Translations under genes and position numbers: made by a program
Shown here: one piece after another, positions 22,901-29,828 of the stretch
Numbering within the stretch: the stretch's first letter is position 1
Layout: the number at the start of each line of letters is the position of its first letter
The notes under the pieces: generated by a model
Seen by the model: the letters and a program-made list of their open reading frames with translations, nothing else
The model's database searches: none
What the model was told of the DNA's origin: nothing
Assembly (NCBI GenBank): GCA_963783665.1
Contig: CAWANZ010000007.1
Span: 28,793 to 92,792, forward strand
DNA from: Candidatus Aminicenantes bacterium
GTDB taxonomy: Bacteria; Acidobacteriota; Aminicenantia; Aminicenantales; UBA4085
Direction of reading: 5' to 3'
DNA: 64,000 bases

Positions 22901-25900
22901 GAGCGGGGAATCCCGTTTCCGGCATTCGGGTGCTTACGTACGACGCGACCAGCCATGACTATTTAAGGCCCCCGGGAAACGTCGCCTTCACGGCGGCCGA
23001 CGGGACGTATTCCATCCAGGTGAGAGCGGGCCAGACTCATGTTCTCTTTGATGCCAGCGCGAAACCCGAGAGCGGGCTGCGTTCGCAGTTTTACAGCAAC
23101 CAGACGACGTTTGCGGCCGCGGGGTCGGTGGATGTGATCAAAGAAGGGACGACGCCGAACATCAACGCGACGCTGGCGGCCGGCGGGGGGACGCTTACGG
23201 TCCAGGTGACAAACGGCCTTGGGCAGGGCGTGGTCGCGTCTGTTTATCTGTATAACACCGAGACCGGCACCGAGACGCGAATGAGGCCGGGAGCGGCAAC
23301 CGACGCCAATGGGTATCTTGAGATCAAGGGGCTCATCCCCGGAAATTATAAAGTGAAAGTTTATGACTCCAACGATCAGTTGGGCCGATACCACACGGAG
23401 TGGTACGACAACGCCTTGACCTACGCCGGGGCGGCCCCGGTCAACGTCACGGAAGGGGGAACCACGGCGATCGCGGTGGTCATGGGCGAGACGGCCCCTG
23501 TCGCCCCGGAGATCAACCTGAAGCAGGGGGCGACGGATATCGCCACGGGCGGAACGTATGACTTCGGGTCGAAGACGGTCGGGACGGATACCGACACGGT
23601 CTTTACGATCGAAAACCTCGGGACGGACTCCCTGATATTGAGCGGACTGCCGCTTTCGATCACGGGAACGAATGCGGACCAGTTTGCGATCACCGTGCAG
23701 CCGACTTCGCCGGTGGCGAACGGCGGGACGAAGACCTTCACGGTCGGTTTCCATCCGACATCGCCGGGGGCCAAGACGGCCCAAATGTCGATTGCCAACA
23801 ATGACGGCAACGAGAATCCCTATGTCCTCAACCTGACGGGAACGGGCGGAGACGCCGCGGGGACGCTGACGGTCACATCCCCCAACGGCGGGGAGAGCTG
23901 GATCCTGGGCTCGACCCATAACGTCACCTGGACTTCGACGGGGACGGTGGGCAACGTTAAGATCGAGTATTCAACGGATAACGGCGCGAGTTGGATGACG
24001 ATCGTCGCCTCGACGCCAAACGACGGCGCGATTTCCTGGACCTCGGGCAGCCTGACCGACCCGGCGCTTAACACCGTGTCGACGACCTGCCTGGTGAAAA
24101 TCAGCGGAGTGGCCGGAGAGGCGCTTCCGGATCAAAGCGATGCGGTGTTCACGATCGCGGCCTCGGGGTTCATCCATGGAACGGTCACCGATTCTCTGGG
24201 GGCGCCGATTCCGGATGTACGGGTCTGCGCTTATGACCTGAATAATGTCTACATCTCGCGGGGGTGGACGAATGCGGCCGGGGAGTACGGGATCGGCGGG
24301 ATGGTTGCGGGGAGCTACAAGATCCTGTTCGATCCGACGGCGACGACGGGCAACTACCTTATCGAATGGTATAACAACCAGCCGAGCTTCAATGCCGGAG
24401 GTTCGGTGGCAGTGACGCTGAACAACGTAATCGAAGGGATCAACGCGCAGCTGAACCCCGGAGGGATGGTGAGCGGGCGCGTGATGGCGGAAGGCGGGGC
24501 GCCGTTGGAGGGAGTCGCCGTCACGGCCTGGATGGAGAATGGATTCTACGGTTTGTGGTATGCCGAGACGGACGCCAACGGAGACTACCGGGTCCAGGGG
24601 CTGCCGGCGGGGAATGTCCGGTTGATGTATTCTCTATCGGGGTATCCTCAGAAGTTTTACGGCAACGTCTATACGCTGGAAACGGGGACGAACGTCCCGG
24701 TAACGATCGGGACCGAAACGACGGGGATCAATATGGTCCTGGAAAAAGGCGGGACCATCAGCGGAACGGTGACCGACGGAGGAGGGAATCCAGTCTCCGG
24801 AATCAGGATCATCCCCTACGACGCAGCCAGCCATGATTATCTGAGGCCGACGGGAACGGTGTTGACGGGGGCGAATGGGACATACTCGGTGCTGGTGCGG
24901 GCGGGCCAGACCAAGGTGTTGTTCGACGCGAGCCCCAACCCCGGGAGCGGACTGCGGTCGCAGTATTACAACAACCAGACGACGTTTGCGGCGGCGGGGT
25001 CGGTGAACGTCGTCAAGGACGGGACGACGCCGAACATCAACGCGGTTCTGGCCGCCGGCGGCGGGACCATTACTGTCCAAGTGACGAACAGTCTCGGACA
25101 GGGGGTGCCGGCTGCGGTCTACCTCTATGATCCGGTCACGGAGACCCGGGTGACGATAGGCACTGCGACCGACGCGGGCGGATACGTGGAGTTCAAGGGG
25201 CTCATTCCCGGCAACTACAAGGTTAAAATTTATGACTCCAATGGGGAATGGGGGCGGTACTATGATGAATGGTACAACAACGCCTTGACTCATGCGATGG
25301 CTTCGCAGGTGAACGTGACGGAGGGAGGAACCACGGCCCTCTCGGTAGTTTTGAGCGAATCGGCGCCTGTTGCGCCGGAGATCAACCTGAAGCAGGGGAC
25401 GACGGATATCGCTACGGGCGGAACGCACGGATTTGGGTCGAGGATCGTCGGGACGGATACCGATGCGGTCTTCACGATCGAAAACCTCGGGACGGATTCC
25501 CTGACGCTGAGCGGACTGCCGCTTTCGATCACCGGAACGAACGCGGATCAGTTTGCGATCGCCGTCCAGCCGACCTCGCCGGTCGCGGCCGCGGGGACGA
25601 AGACGTTTACGGTCCGGTTCCATCCGACCTCGGTCGGGGCCAAAGCGGCCCAGATCTCGATCGCCAACAACGACAGCAACGAAAATCCCTATGTCCTCAA
25701 CCTGACTGGGACGGGCGCCGACGCCGCGGCGACGCTGACCGTGACGTCGCCCAACGGCGGCCAGAGCTGGATCGAAGGGACGGTCCACAATATCACCTGG
25801 ACGACGACCGGGACGGTGGCCAACGTCAAGCTTCAGTATTCGACGAACAACGGCGGCAACTGGACGACGATCGTCTCCTCGACGGCCAACACGGGAACCT

Positions 25901-27552
25901 ATGCCTGGATCGTGCCGAGCACCCTCTCGGTCAACTGTCTGGTCCTGATCAGCGGGGCCCCGTCGGGGATCCCGACGGACGCCAGCAACGCGGTCTTTGC
26001 GATCATCGCCGGCACGCCGACACTCGCCCTGTCGAAAACCGCGTTCAACTTCGGGTCGGAGCAGTATGGGACGCCGACGGCGGCCGAAACCTGCGTTGTG
26101 TCCAATAGCGGGACGGGAGTCATCAATTGGACGGCCACGCCATCGGCGGCTTGGCTCGGCGTGACGCCGGTCAGCGGGACCGGGGCGGGGACGCTGACGA
26201 TAAGTATCCTCGACACGAGTCTGTCTCCGGGCAATTACGCGGGAACGATCACGGTCGCCGATCCCGGGGCGATCAACTCGCCTCTGGCCATCACGGTGAA
26301 TTACCAGGTCTACGATAACGGGGCCGACGCCCCGCCGTTTGGGGCGTTTGAAACGCCGGCCGACGGAGCGACGGTCGCTTCCTCGATTCCGGTGACCGGT
26401 TGGGTCCTGGACGACATCGGGATGGTCGGCGTGAAGATCTACCGGGGGACGGACGCGTCCGACCGGGAATTCGTCGGAGACGCCATCCTGGTGAGAGGGG
26501 CCCGGAAGGATGTGGAGGCGGCCTATCCCGGCTATCCCCAGAACGAGGTCGCGGGATGGGGCTACATGCTCTTGACCAACTTCCTGCCCAACGGCGGCAA
26601 CGGGACATTCACGCTGCTGGCCTACGCCACGGACACGGGCGGCCACGAGGTTCTTCTCGGGTCCAAGACGATCACCTGCGATAATGAAAACGCCGTGTTG
26701 CCGTTTGGGGCGATCGACACCCCGACGCAAGGCGGAACGGCCTCGGGGAGCGCGTTCATGAACTTCGGCTGGGCTTTGACGCCCCGGCCCAACTCGATTC
26801 CGTTGGATGGTTCGACACTCCTGGTCTGGGTGGACGGTTCGCCGCTTTCCCATCCCTCCTACAACCATTACCGGGGAGATATTGCGACGCTGTTCCCCGG
26901 ATACGTGAACTCCAACGGAGCGGTCGGGCTGTACTTCCTGAATACGACGGCCTATACGGACGGAGTGCATACGATCGCCTGGAGCGTGCAAGATTCGGCG
27001 GGACATGTGGACGGGATCGGGAGTCGGTACTTCTCGATCCAGAATGCGGTCGGAGGGTCGAGCGCCGGAGCAACAGGGTTGCTGGTTTTGTTTGAATCGG
27101 CCGGAAAGATGTCCGAGACCGTGGCGGGGATGCGAGAAGACGGACGGAATCCGGTTTATGTGAAGCAGGGGATGGCCGCGGATGCGCGGGTCGAAATGGT
27201 TCTGCCCGATGCCGACGGCGCGATCCGGATCGCTATTCCTGAGGTCACCCGGGCGGCGATTTACCTGAAGGAAGCCGAAGCGGGAGAGACGCAGTCCGAA
27301 ATGATCGCCCGCGGGGCGCGGATGCTGAGCAAGGCAGCGTCGGCCGATTCCGTATCCGGTACCCATTATGAAGCCTACGAGCTGGCTCTCGGCGAGCTCA
27401 AGCCGCTCCCGATCGGGGCATCCTTCGATCCCGTCGACGGCGTGCTTTACTGGCAGCCTGGCCCGGGATTCTTGGGCGAGTATACCTTCGTTATCATCGA
27501 CCGGGAGACGGGAACAAAGCGAAATATTTCGGTAACGATCAAGTCCAGATAA
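19933..27552 (+). CDS. Giant surface/adhesin-like protein (2539-aa intact ORF): Ig-like GGESW domains, 18 LRRs, FN3, CarboxypepD_reg-like repeats, choice-of-anchor-D/HYDIN-like domains, then the shared BACON-like/double-Ig/He_PIG-like C-terminal module
   Basis: This is the longest ORF in the window. Its first residues (MGSNWTTIIASTPNTNSFSWTLP) are the middle of a domain that starts in ORF 19782.. (LAVTSPNGGESWVQGSIHDITWTTTGTVANVKLEYSTNNG). The real gene therefore very probably begins at 17498. Confidence 0.85.
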   Translation: MGSNWTTIIASTPNTNSFSWTLPIVVSANGLVRVSDAAVSAINDASDTVFAIVLAAVSGTDRAALIDLYNATNGDSWTNNTGWKTAPLHTDGFALPGTENTWFGVTTDGTNTNVLNVSLPGNNLVGTLPASLGNLTNLQELILYSNQLSGSIPASFGSLSNLVTLNLSGNQLSGSVPAELGNLNNLQYCVLFNNPLSGSIPPELGNLSQLKELWIYHNQLTGAIPTQLGNLGNLLKLGLYDSQLSGTIPSSLGNLSNLQELWLYKNQLTGSIPAQLGNLGNLLKLGLYENQLTGAIPPELGNLTNLTELWAFTNLLSGTIPAQLANLVSVIKLDFYGNQLTGSLPPGLATLGNVQHFDFGLNQLSGSIPAEYGNFNNVIYLGLDQNQLTGGIPAELASLGTLQQLRLGSNQLSGSIPAELGSLTNLTYLGLYTNQLTGTIPPELANLTQLYYLGLQANQLTGGIPMELGNLANLEYLVLRSNQLTGGIPMELGNLSKLKWLILHSNQLSGEIPPQIGNLTNLTDLDLHSNKLSGSIPTSLTGLTSLTSTTTNIGYNAFYSADAGLTAFLDAKDADWAVTQTIAPTGVSAAPGDASAEVTWTPIPYTGDTGGYRVFYATTAGGPYTFYAQTADKAATSQVVSGLTNGTPYYFVVQTRTDVHAGNLNAVDSGNSDEATATPTLVTTGTLTLTAPNGGENWLLGSTHGILWTSTGTVGNVKIEYSTDNGASWRTIVSSRANTGGYSWTSGSPTDPTLNTLSTTCLVRISGVAGEAVPDTSDGNFAISASAAITGTITDLAGTPLPNAYAQAFDLNNVRIVTRLANASGEYWMAGLPAGSYKLVFFADSTQNNLYEWYDDQRTFNAAAPIAVTLNNTTANINAQLAAGGIISGRVTDETGAPLAEVVIAAWTEDGLSGYWVAESDGNGDYQVKGLPAGNIKLMFELTGYPAKFNGNGYSFEQSTPVSVTLGAETSGINMVLEKGGHISGTIIDGAGNPVSGIRVLTYDATSHDYLRPPGNVAFTAADGTYSIQVRAGQTHVLFDASAKPESGLRSQFYSNQTTFAAAGSVDVIKEGTTPNINATLAAGGGTLTVQVTNGLGQGVVASVYLYNTETGTETRMRPGAATDANGYLEIKGLIPGNYKVKVYDSNDQLGRYHTEWYDNALTYAGAAPVNVTEGGTTAIAVVMGETAPVAPEINLKQGATDIATGGTYDFGSKTVGTDTDTVFTIENLGTDSLILSGLPLSITGTNADQFAITVQPTSPVANGGTKTFTVGFHPTSPGAKTAQMSIANNDGNENPYVLNLTGTGGDAAGTLTVTSPNGGESWILGSTHNVTWTSTGTVGNVKIEYSTDNGASWMTIVASTPNDGAISWTSGSLTDPALNTVSTTCLVKISGVAGEALPDQSDAVFTIAASGFIHGTVTDSLGAPIPDVRVCAYDLNNVYISRGWTNAAGEYGIGGMVAGSYKILFDPTATTGNYLIEWYNNQPSFNAGGSVAVTLNNVIEGINAQLNPGGMVSGRVMAEGGAPLEGVAVTAWMENGFYGLWYAETDANGDYRVQGLPAGNVRLMYSLSGYPQKFYGNVYTLETGTNVPVTIGTETTGINMVLEKGGTISGTVTDGGGNPVSGIRIIPYDAASHDYLRPTGTVLTGANGTYSVLVRAGQTKVLFDASPNPGSGLRSQYYNNQTTFAAAGSVNVVKDGTTPNINAVLAAGGGTITVQVTNSLGQGVPAAVYLYDPVTETRVTIGTATDAGGYVEFKGLIPGNYKVKIYDSNGEWGRYYDEWYNNALTHAMASQVNVTEGGTTALSVVLSESAPVAPEINLKQGTTDIATGGTHGFGSRIVGTDTDAVFTIENLGTDSLTLSGLPLSITGTNADQFAIAVQPTSPVAAAGTKTFTVRFHPTSVGAKAAQISIANNDSNENPYVLNLTGTGADAAATLTVTSPNGGQSWIEGTVHNITWTTTGTVANVKLQYSTNNGGNWTTIVSSTANTGTYAWIVPSTLSVNCLVLISGAPSGIPTDASNAVFAIIAGTPTLALSKTAFNFGSEQYGTPTAAETCVVSNSGTGVINWTATPSAAWLGVTPVSGTGAGTLTISILDTSLSPGNYAGTITVADPGAINSPLAITVNYQVYDNGADAPPFGAFETPADGATVASSIPVTGWVLDDIGMVGVKIYRGTDASDREFVGDAILVRGARKDVEAAYPGYPQNEVAGWGYMLLTNFLPNGGNGTFTLLAYATDTGGHEVLLGSKTITCDNENAVLPFGAIDTPTQGGTASGSAFMNFGWALTPRPNSIPLDGSTLLVWVDGSPLSHPSYNHYRGDIATLFPGYVNSNGAVGLYFLNTTAYTDGVHTIAWSVQDSAGHVDGIGSRYFSIQNAVGGSSAGATGLLVLFESAGKMSETVAGMREDGRNPVYVKQGMAADARVEMVLPDADGAIRIAIPEVTRAAIYLKEAEAGETQSEMIARGARMLSKAASADSVSGTHYEAYELALGELKPLPIGASFDPVDGVLYWQPGPGFLGEYTFVIIDRETGTKRNISVTIKSR
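20270..21575 (+). repeat. 18 tandem 72-nt (24-aa) leucine-rich repeats of the plant-specific type, inside the giant CDS
   Basis: Consensus L.NL..L.LY.NQL(S/T)G.IP.ELGN, counted 18 times in the translation. Some adjacent units are near-identical at the nucleotide level, for example CAGCTCGGGAACCTGGGCAACCTGCTTAAGCTCGGCCTTTATGA at about 20607 and 20751. Confidence 0.85.
21988..25731 (+). repeat. Intragenic tandem duplication of two ~1.87 kb units (about 625 aa each) inside the giant CDS
   Basis: Unit 1 (21988..23862) and unit 2 (23863..25731) both read TLT.T.PNGGE.W.LGSTH...WTSTGTVGNVKIEYSTDNGASW, then CarboxypepD_reg-like repeats, then APEINLKQG.TDIATGGT..FGS..VGTDTD.VFTIENLGTDSL.LSGLPLSITGTNADQFAI. 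A third partial unit starts at 25732. Confidence 0.85.
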
Positions 27553-27558
27553 AAGAGG

Positions 27559-27586
27559 AGGGGACGGGTCGCAAAGCCCATCCCCT
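27559..27586 (+). terminator. Candidate hairpin terminator after the giant gene
   Basis: AGGGGACGGG / CCCATCCCCT forms a 10-bp stem with one C.A mismatch and an 8-nt loop, starting 7 nt after the stop. The T-tract is only weak. Confidence 0.35.
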
Positions 27587-27729
27587 TAGGATCTCTTCCC
27601 GTGTTTCCGGGGCAGACGGTCGGCTTATGTCTGCACTTCAGACCGTGTTTTGTGTTGCTATTTAAGGGTTTGTCTTATACCATATTTAGGGGGAGCAAGG
27701 ATCATTCTACCGGTTAGGGCAAGCGAGAT

Positions 27730-29160
27730 ATGAATTCGAATTCTCCCGAGCGGAAAAGCGACGATTTCGAGGAAGAGCTCAAGCAAGCGCTCGCCCGGGC
27801 CTCGTCCCTTGAAGAAACGGTCAGGCAAAACGAAGCAAATATCAGGCGGCTCGAAGATCTTCAGCGGGAAAAAGACCTTCGGATCGGGGATCTCGAAACC
27901 ACCCTGGGGGAGAGACAAGCCTATTATTCGCAGATCCAGTCCGGTCACGGCTGGAAATGGCTGACCCGGTACTTTAAAATCCGGAATAAAATCCTCCCCC
28001 CGGAGTCCCGGCGCCGCCGGCTCCTGGCCGCGGCCCTCAGGGGCCCGGGAGCGGCGGCTGCTTTCGTCGGCCGGATGGCGGCAAGGATTTCCCGGGCCGT
28101 AAAGCCGGAGCGCCGAATATTCAACGTCCAAGTCGACCTGACGAATTATTGCAATTTGAAATGCAAAATGTGCTATTTCCAATTTCAATCCATTCCGGTC
28201 GAGGCGCGTCGGCGGCTGTCTTATGACCAATTGGTTAAAATCGTCGGTCCGTGGGCGGATCGCATCAAATCCCTCGGGCTTTCCTGCGGCGCCGAACCCT
28301 TGTTGGCCGAACGGAAGGAATTGCTGAAAATTCTCGGCTTTCCCCGGGAATACGGCATCCCGCGCTCCCTTCTGACGACCAACGCCACGCTGATGGATGA
28401 AGAAGTCGCCCGGAGAATCGTCGACAGCGGGATCGGCATCATCCAAATCTCCATGGACAGCCATCTCAAGGAAAAGTACGAGATGATCCGGGTTGGAGCG
28501 CATTTTGACCGCGTCGTTGAGAACATCAAATATCTGCGGGATTATAAGAAAGAACGAAAGTCATCTTCTCCCTACATCCAATTCGGTTGTGTTTTGATGC
28601 GCTGGAATATCGAAGACGTTTCGGATTATCTGGATTTCGTCCATTTGCTCGGGGCGAACGGCGTGGCCTTCCAGCATGTGGTTGTCTACCAGGGTTCGGA
28701 AATCAGCGACCAGTCCTTGTCGCTGGACAAGCCCCTGGCCAACAGATACCTGGACTTGATCCGGGAAAAATGCCGGACCCATGGATTCCATCTCAATACG
28801 ATCCCGGAAAACTTTTCATTAAGCCCGGCCGCGGAAAAGGATTCGGCCTCGCGGAAAAAATCGGCCCGCCGGCGCAGACGGACCTGCGTGATTCCTCAGA
28901 GCTATATTTACATGGCGCCCAACGGGGATGTGTTGCCATGTCCGTATTTCTACGGGGAGCGTCCGGTCGGAAATCTGGCCCAGGACGATTTTGCGACGAT
29001 GTGGAACCGAAAAGATTACGTCAGGTTCCGCAAGGACGTCGGCCGGGGCGTTTTCGCCCGGGAGTGCTGCAAGACCTGTCCGGCCGCGGGTTCCGGGGAA
29101 ATCAACGATCCCCTGGCTTTTCAAGAAAAGGACCTGGAACAACGGGAGGGAACGCGGTGA
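27730..29160 (+). CDS. Radical SAM / SPASM-domain protein with a ~130-aa N-terminal coiled-coil extension
   Basis: Intact 476-aa ORF. CxxxCxxC cluster motif DLTNYCNLKCKMCYF. The C-terminal Cys-rich auxiliary-cluster region is CVIPQSYIYMAPNGDVLPCPYFYG...ECCKTCPAAG. The N-terminus has heptad-like EEELKQALARASSLEETVRQNEANIRRLEDLQREKDLRIGDLE. Confidence 0.85.
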   Translation: MNSNSPERKSDDFEEELKQALARASSLEETVRQNEANIRRLEDLQREKDLRIGDLETTLGERQAYYSQIQSGHGWKWLTRYFKIRNKILPPESRRRRLLAAALRGPGAAAAFVGRMAARISRAVKPERRIFNVQVDLTNYCNLKCKMCYFQFQSIPVEARRRLSYDQLVKIVGPWADRIKSLGLSCGAEPLLAERKELLKILGFPREYGIPRSLLTTNATLMDEEVARRIVDSGIGIIQISMDSHLKEKYEMIRVGAHFDRVVENIKYLRDYKKERKSSSPYIQFGCVLMRWNIEDVSDYLDFVHLLGANGVAFQHVVVYQGSEISDQSLSLDKPLANRYLDLIREKCRTHGFHLNTIPENFSLSPAAEKDSASRKKSARRRRRTCVIPQSYIYMAPNGDVLPCPYFYGERPVGNLAQDDFATMWNRKDYVRFRKDVGRGVFARECCKTCPAAGSGEINDPLAFQEKDLEQREGTR

Positions 29161-29828
29161 TCCGCCCGATTCTTCTGGTCGTTTTCGTCCTGGCCCAGGT
29201 CTTTCTGGTCGCCGTTCCCCGGCATGACACCCTCGACCTCGAGGCTTGGCCAAACGCCCGGCTTTCGCCCCGCATCTTCGGGGAGCGGACGGTCGGGCAA
29301 TCCTTCATCGCCGGAAGAAACGGTCTCAGCCGGGTGGACGTCTTTCTCGCAACTTATTTGACGGCCCCGCCGGGCGACGTGATTTTCCGCCTGTTTGAAG
29401 GGGAGCCGGCGGGAAGTCCCATCGCCGAAGCCCGGGTTTCAGGATCGAAGCTAAGGGACAATCTTTTCAATCCGTTCGAGTTCCGCCGTGTCGCCCGGTC
29501 CAAGGGGAAGCGTTTTTCCTTCACCCTTTCGGTGCCGACGGCGTCGGAGGCCAACGGTCCTTCGGTCTGGATGAATCCCGGCCGACTCTGCCCCAAGGCG
29601 CGCTCCTGGTCGACGGCCGTCCCGCTCCCGGCGACGGCGATTTTCCGGACGTATTCCCGGCGGACGATTCTGGCCGAATGGGCGCGGATCTCCAAGGGCG
29701 CTCCGGGCTTCCTGGGAAATCCCTTTGTCCTGGCCCTGGCTGCGCTTCTTTTCGAAATCGCCGCGGCGGCGGTCTTCTGGAGGATCCTCGGCTTGTTTTT
29801 CCGAAACGGGGAGAATTCCGATGCCTGA
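29157..29828 (+). CDS. Hypothetical membrane protein (N- and C-terminal TM helices), translationally coupled to the radical SAM gene
   Basis: GTG 29157 overlaps the radical SAM stop (GTGA). This is the last 223 codons of ORF 28587..29828: VIRPILLVVFVLAQVFLVAV...FVLALAALLFEIAAAAVFWRILGLFF. The central segment may hide compensated shifts, because the alternative frame reads PQGALLVDGRPAPGDGDF. Confidence 0.5.
   Translation: MIRPILLVVFVLAQVFLVAVPRHDTLDLEAWPNARLSPRIFGERTVGQSFIAGRNGLSRVDVFLATYLTAPPGDVIFRLFEGEPAGSPIAEARVSGSKLRDNLFNPFEFRRVARSKGKRFSFTLSVPTASEANGPSVWMNPGRLCPKARSWSTAVPLPATAIFRTYSRRTILAEWARISKGAPGFLGNPFVLALAALLFEIAAAAVFWRILGLFFRNGENSDA

Noticed and set aside
24634-27366. A 910-aa ORF on the minus strand, antisense to the giant gene. 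Also 21199..22956 (585 aa) and 22963..23919 (318 aa).
   Set aside because: The translations are Arg/Pro/Gly-rich low-complexity text with no recognisable motifs. They mirror a strongly supported plus-strand CDS. Long stop-free antisense frames are expected in GC-rich coding DNA.
3781-27552. The shared C-terminal modules, considered as template/variable repeats of a diversity-generating retroelement or a phase-variation cassette system.
   Set aside because: There is no reverse transcriptase, recombinase or invertase in the window. Differences between copies are spread over all bases rather than being adenine-specific. There are no flanking inverted repeats.
27627-27665. A 12-codon ORF (MSALQTVFCVAI) upstream of the radical SAM/SPASM gene, considered as a possible RiPP precursor.
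   Set aside because: It is too short for a leader plus core, has no convincing Shine-Dalgarno, and is 65 nt from the enzyme start. The surrounding genes are glycan-related. It cannot be supported from sequence alone.
28587-29828. A 413-aa ORF overlapping most of the radical SAM gene in another frame.
   Set aside because: Only its last 223 codons, from GTG 29157, have protein-like and TM-like composition. The upstream part is the out-of-frame shadow of the radical SAM CDS.
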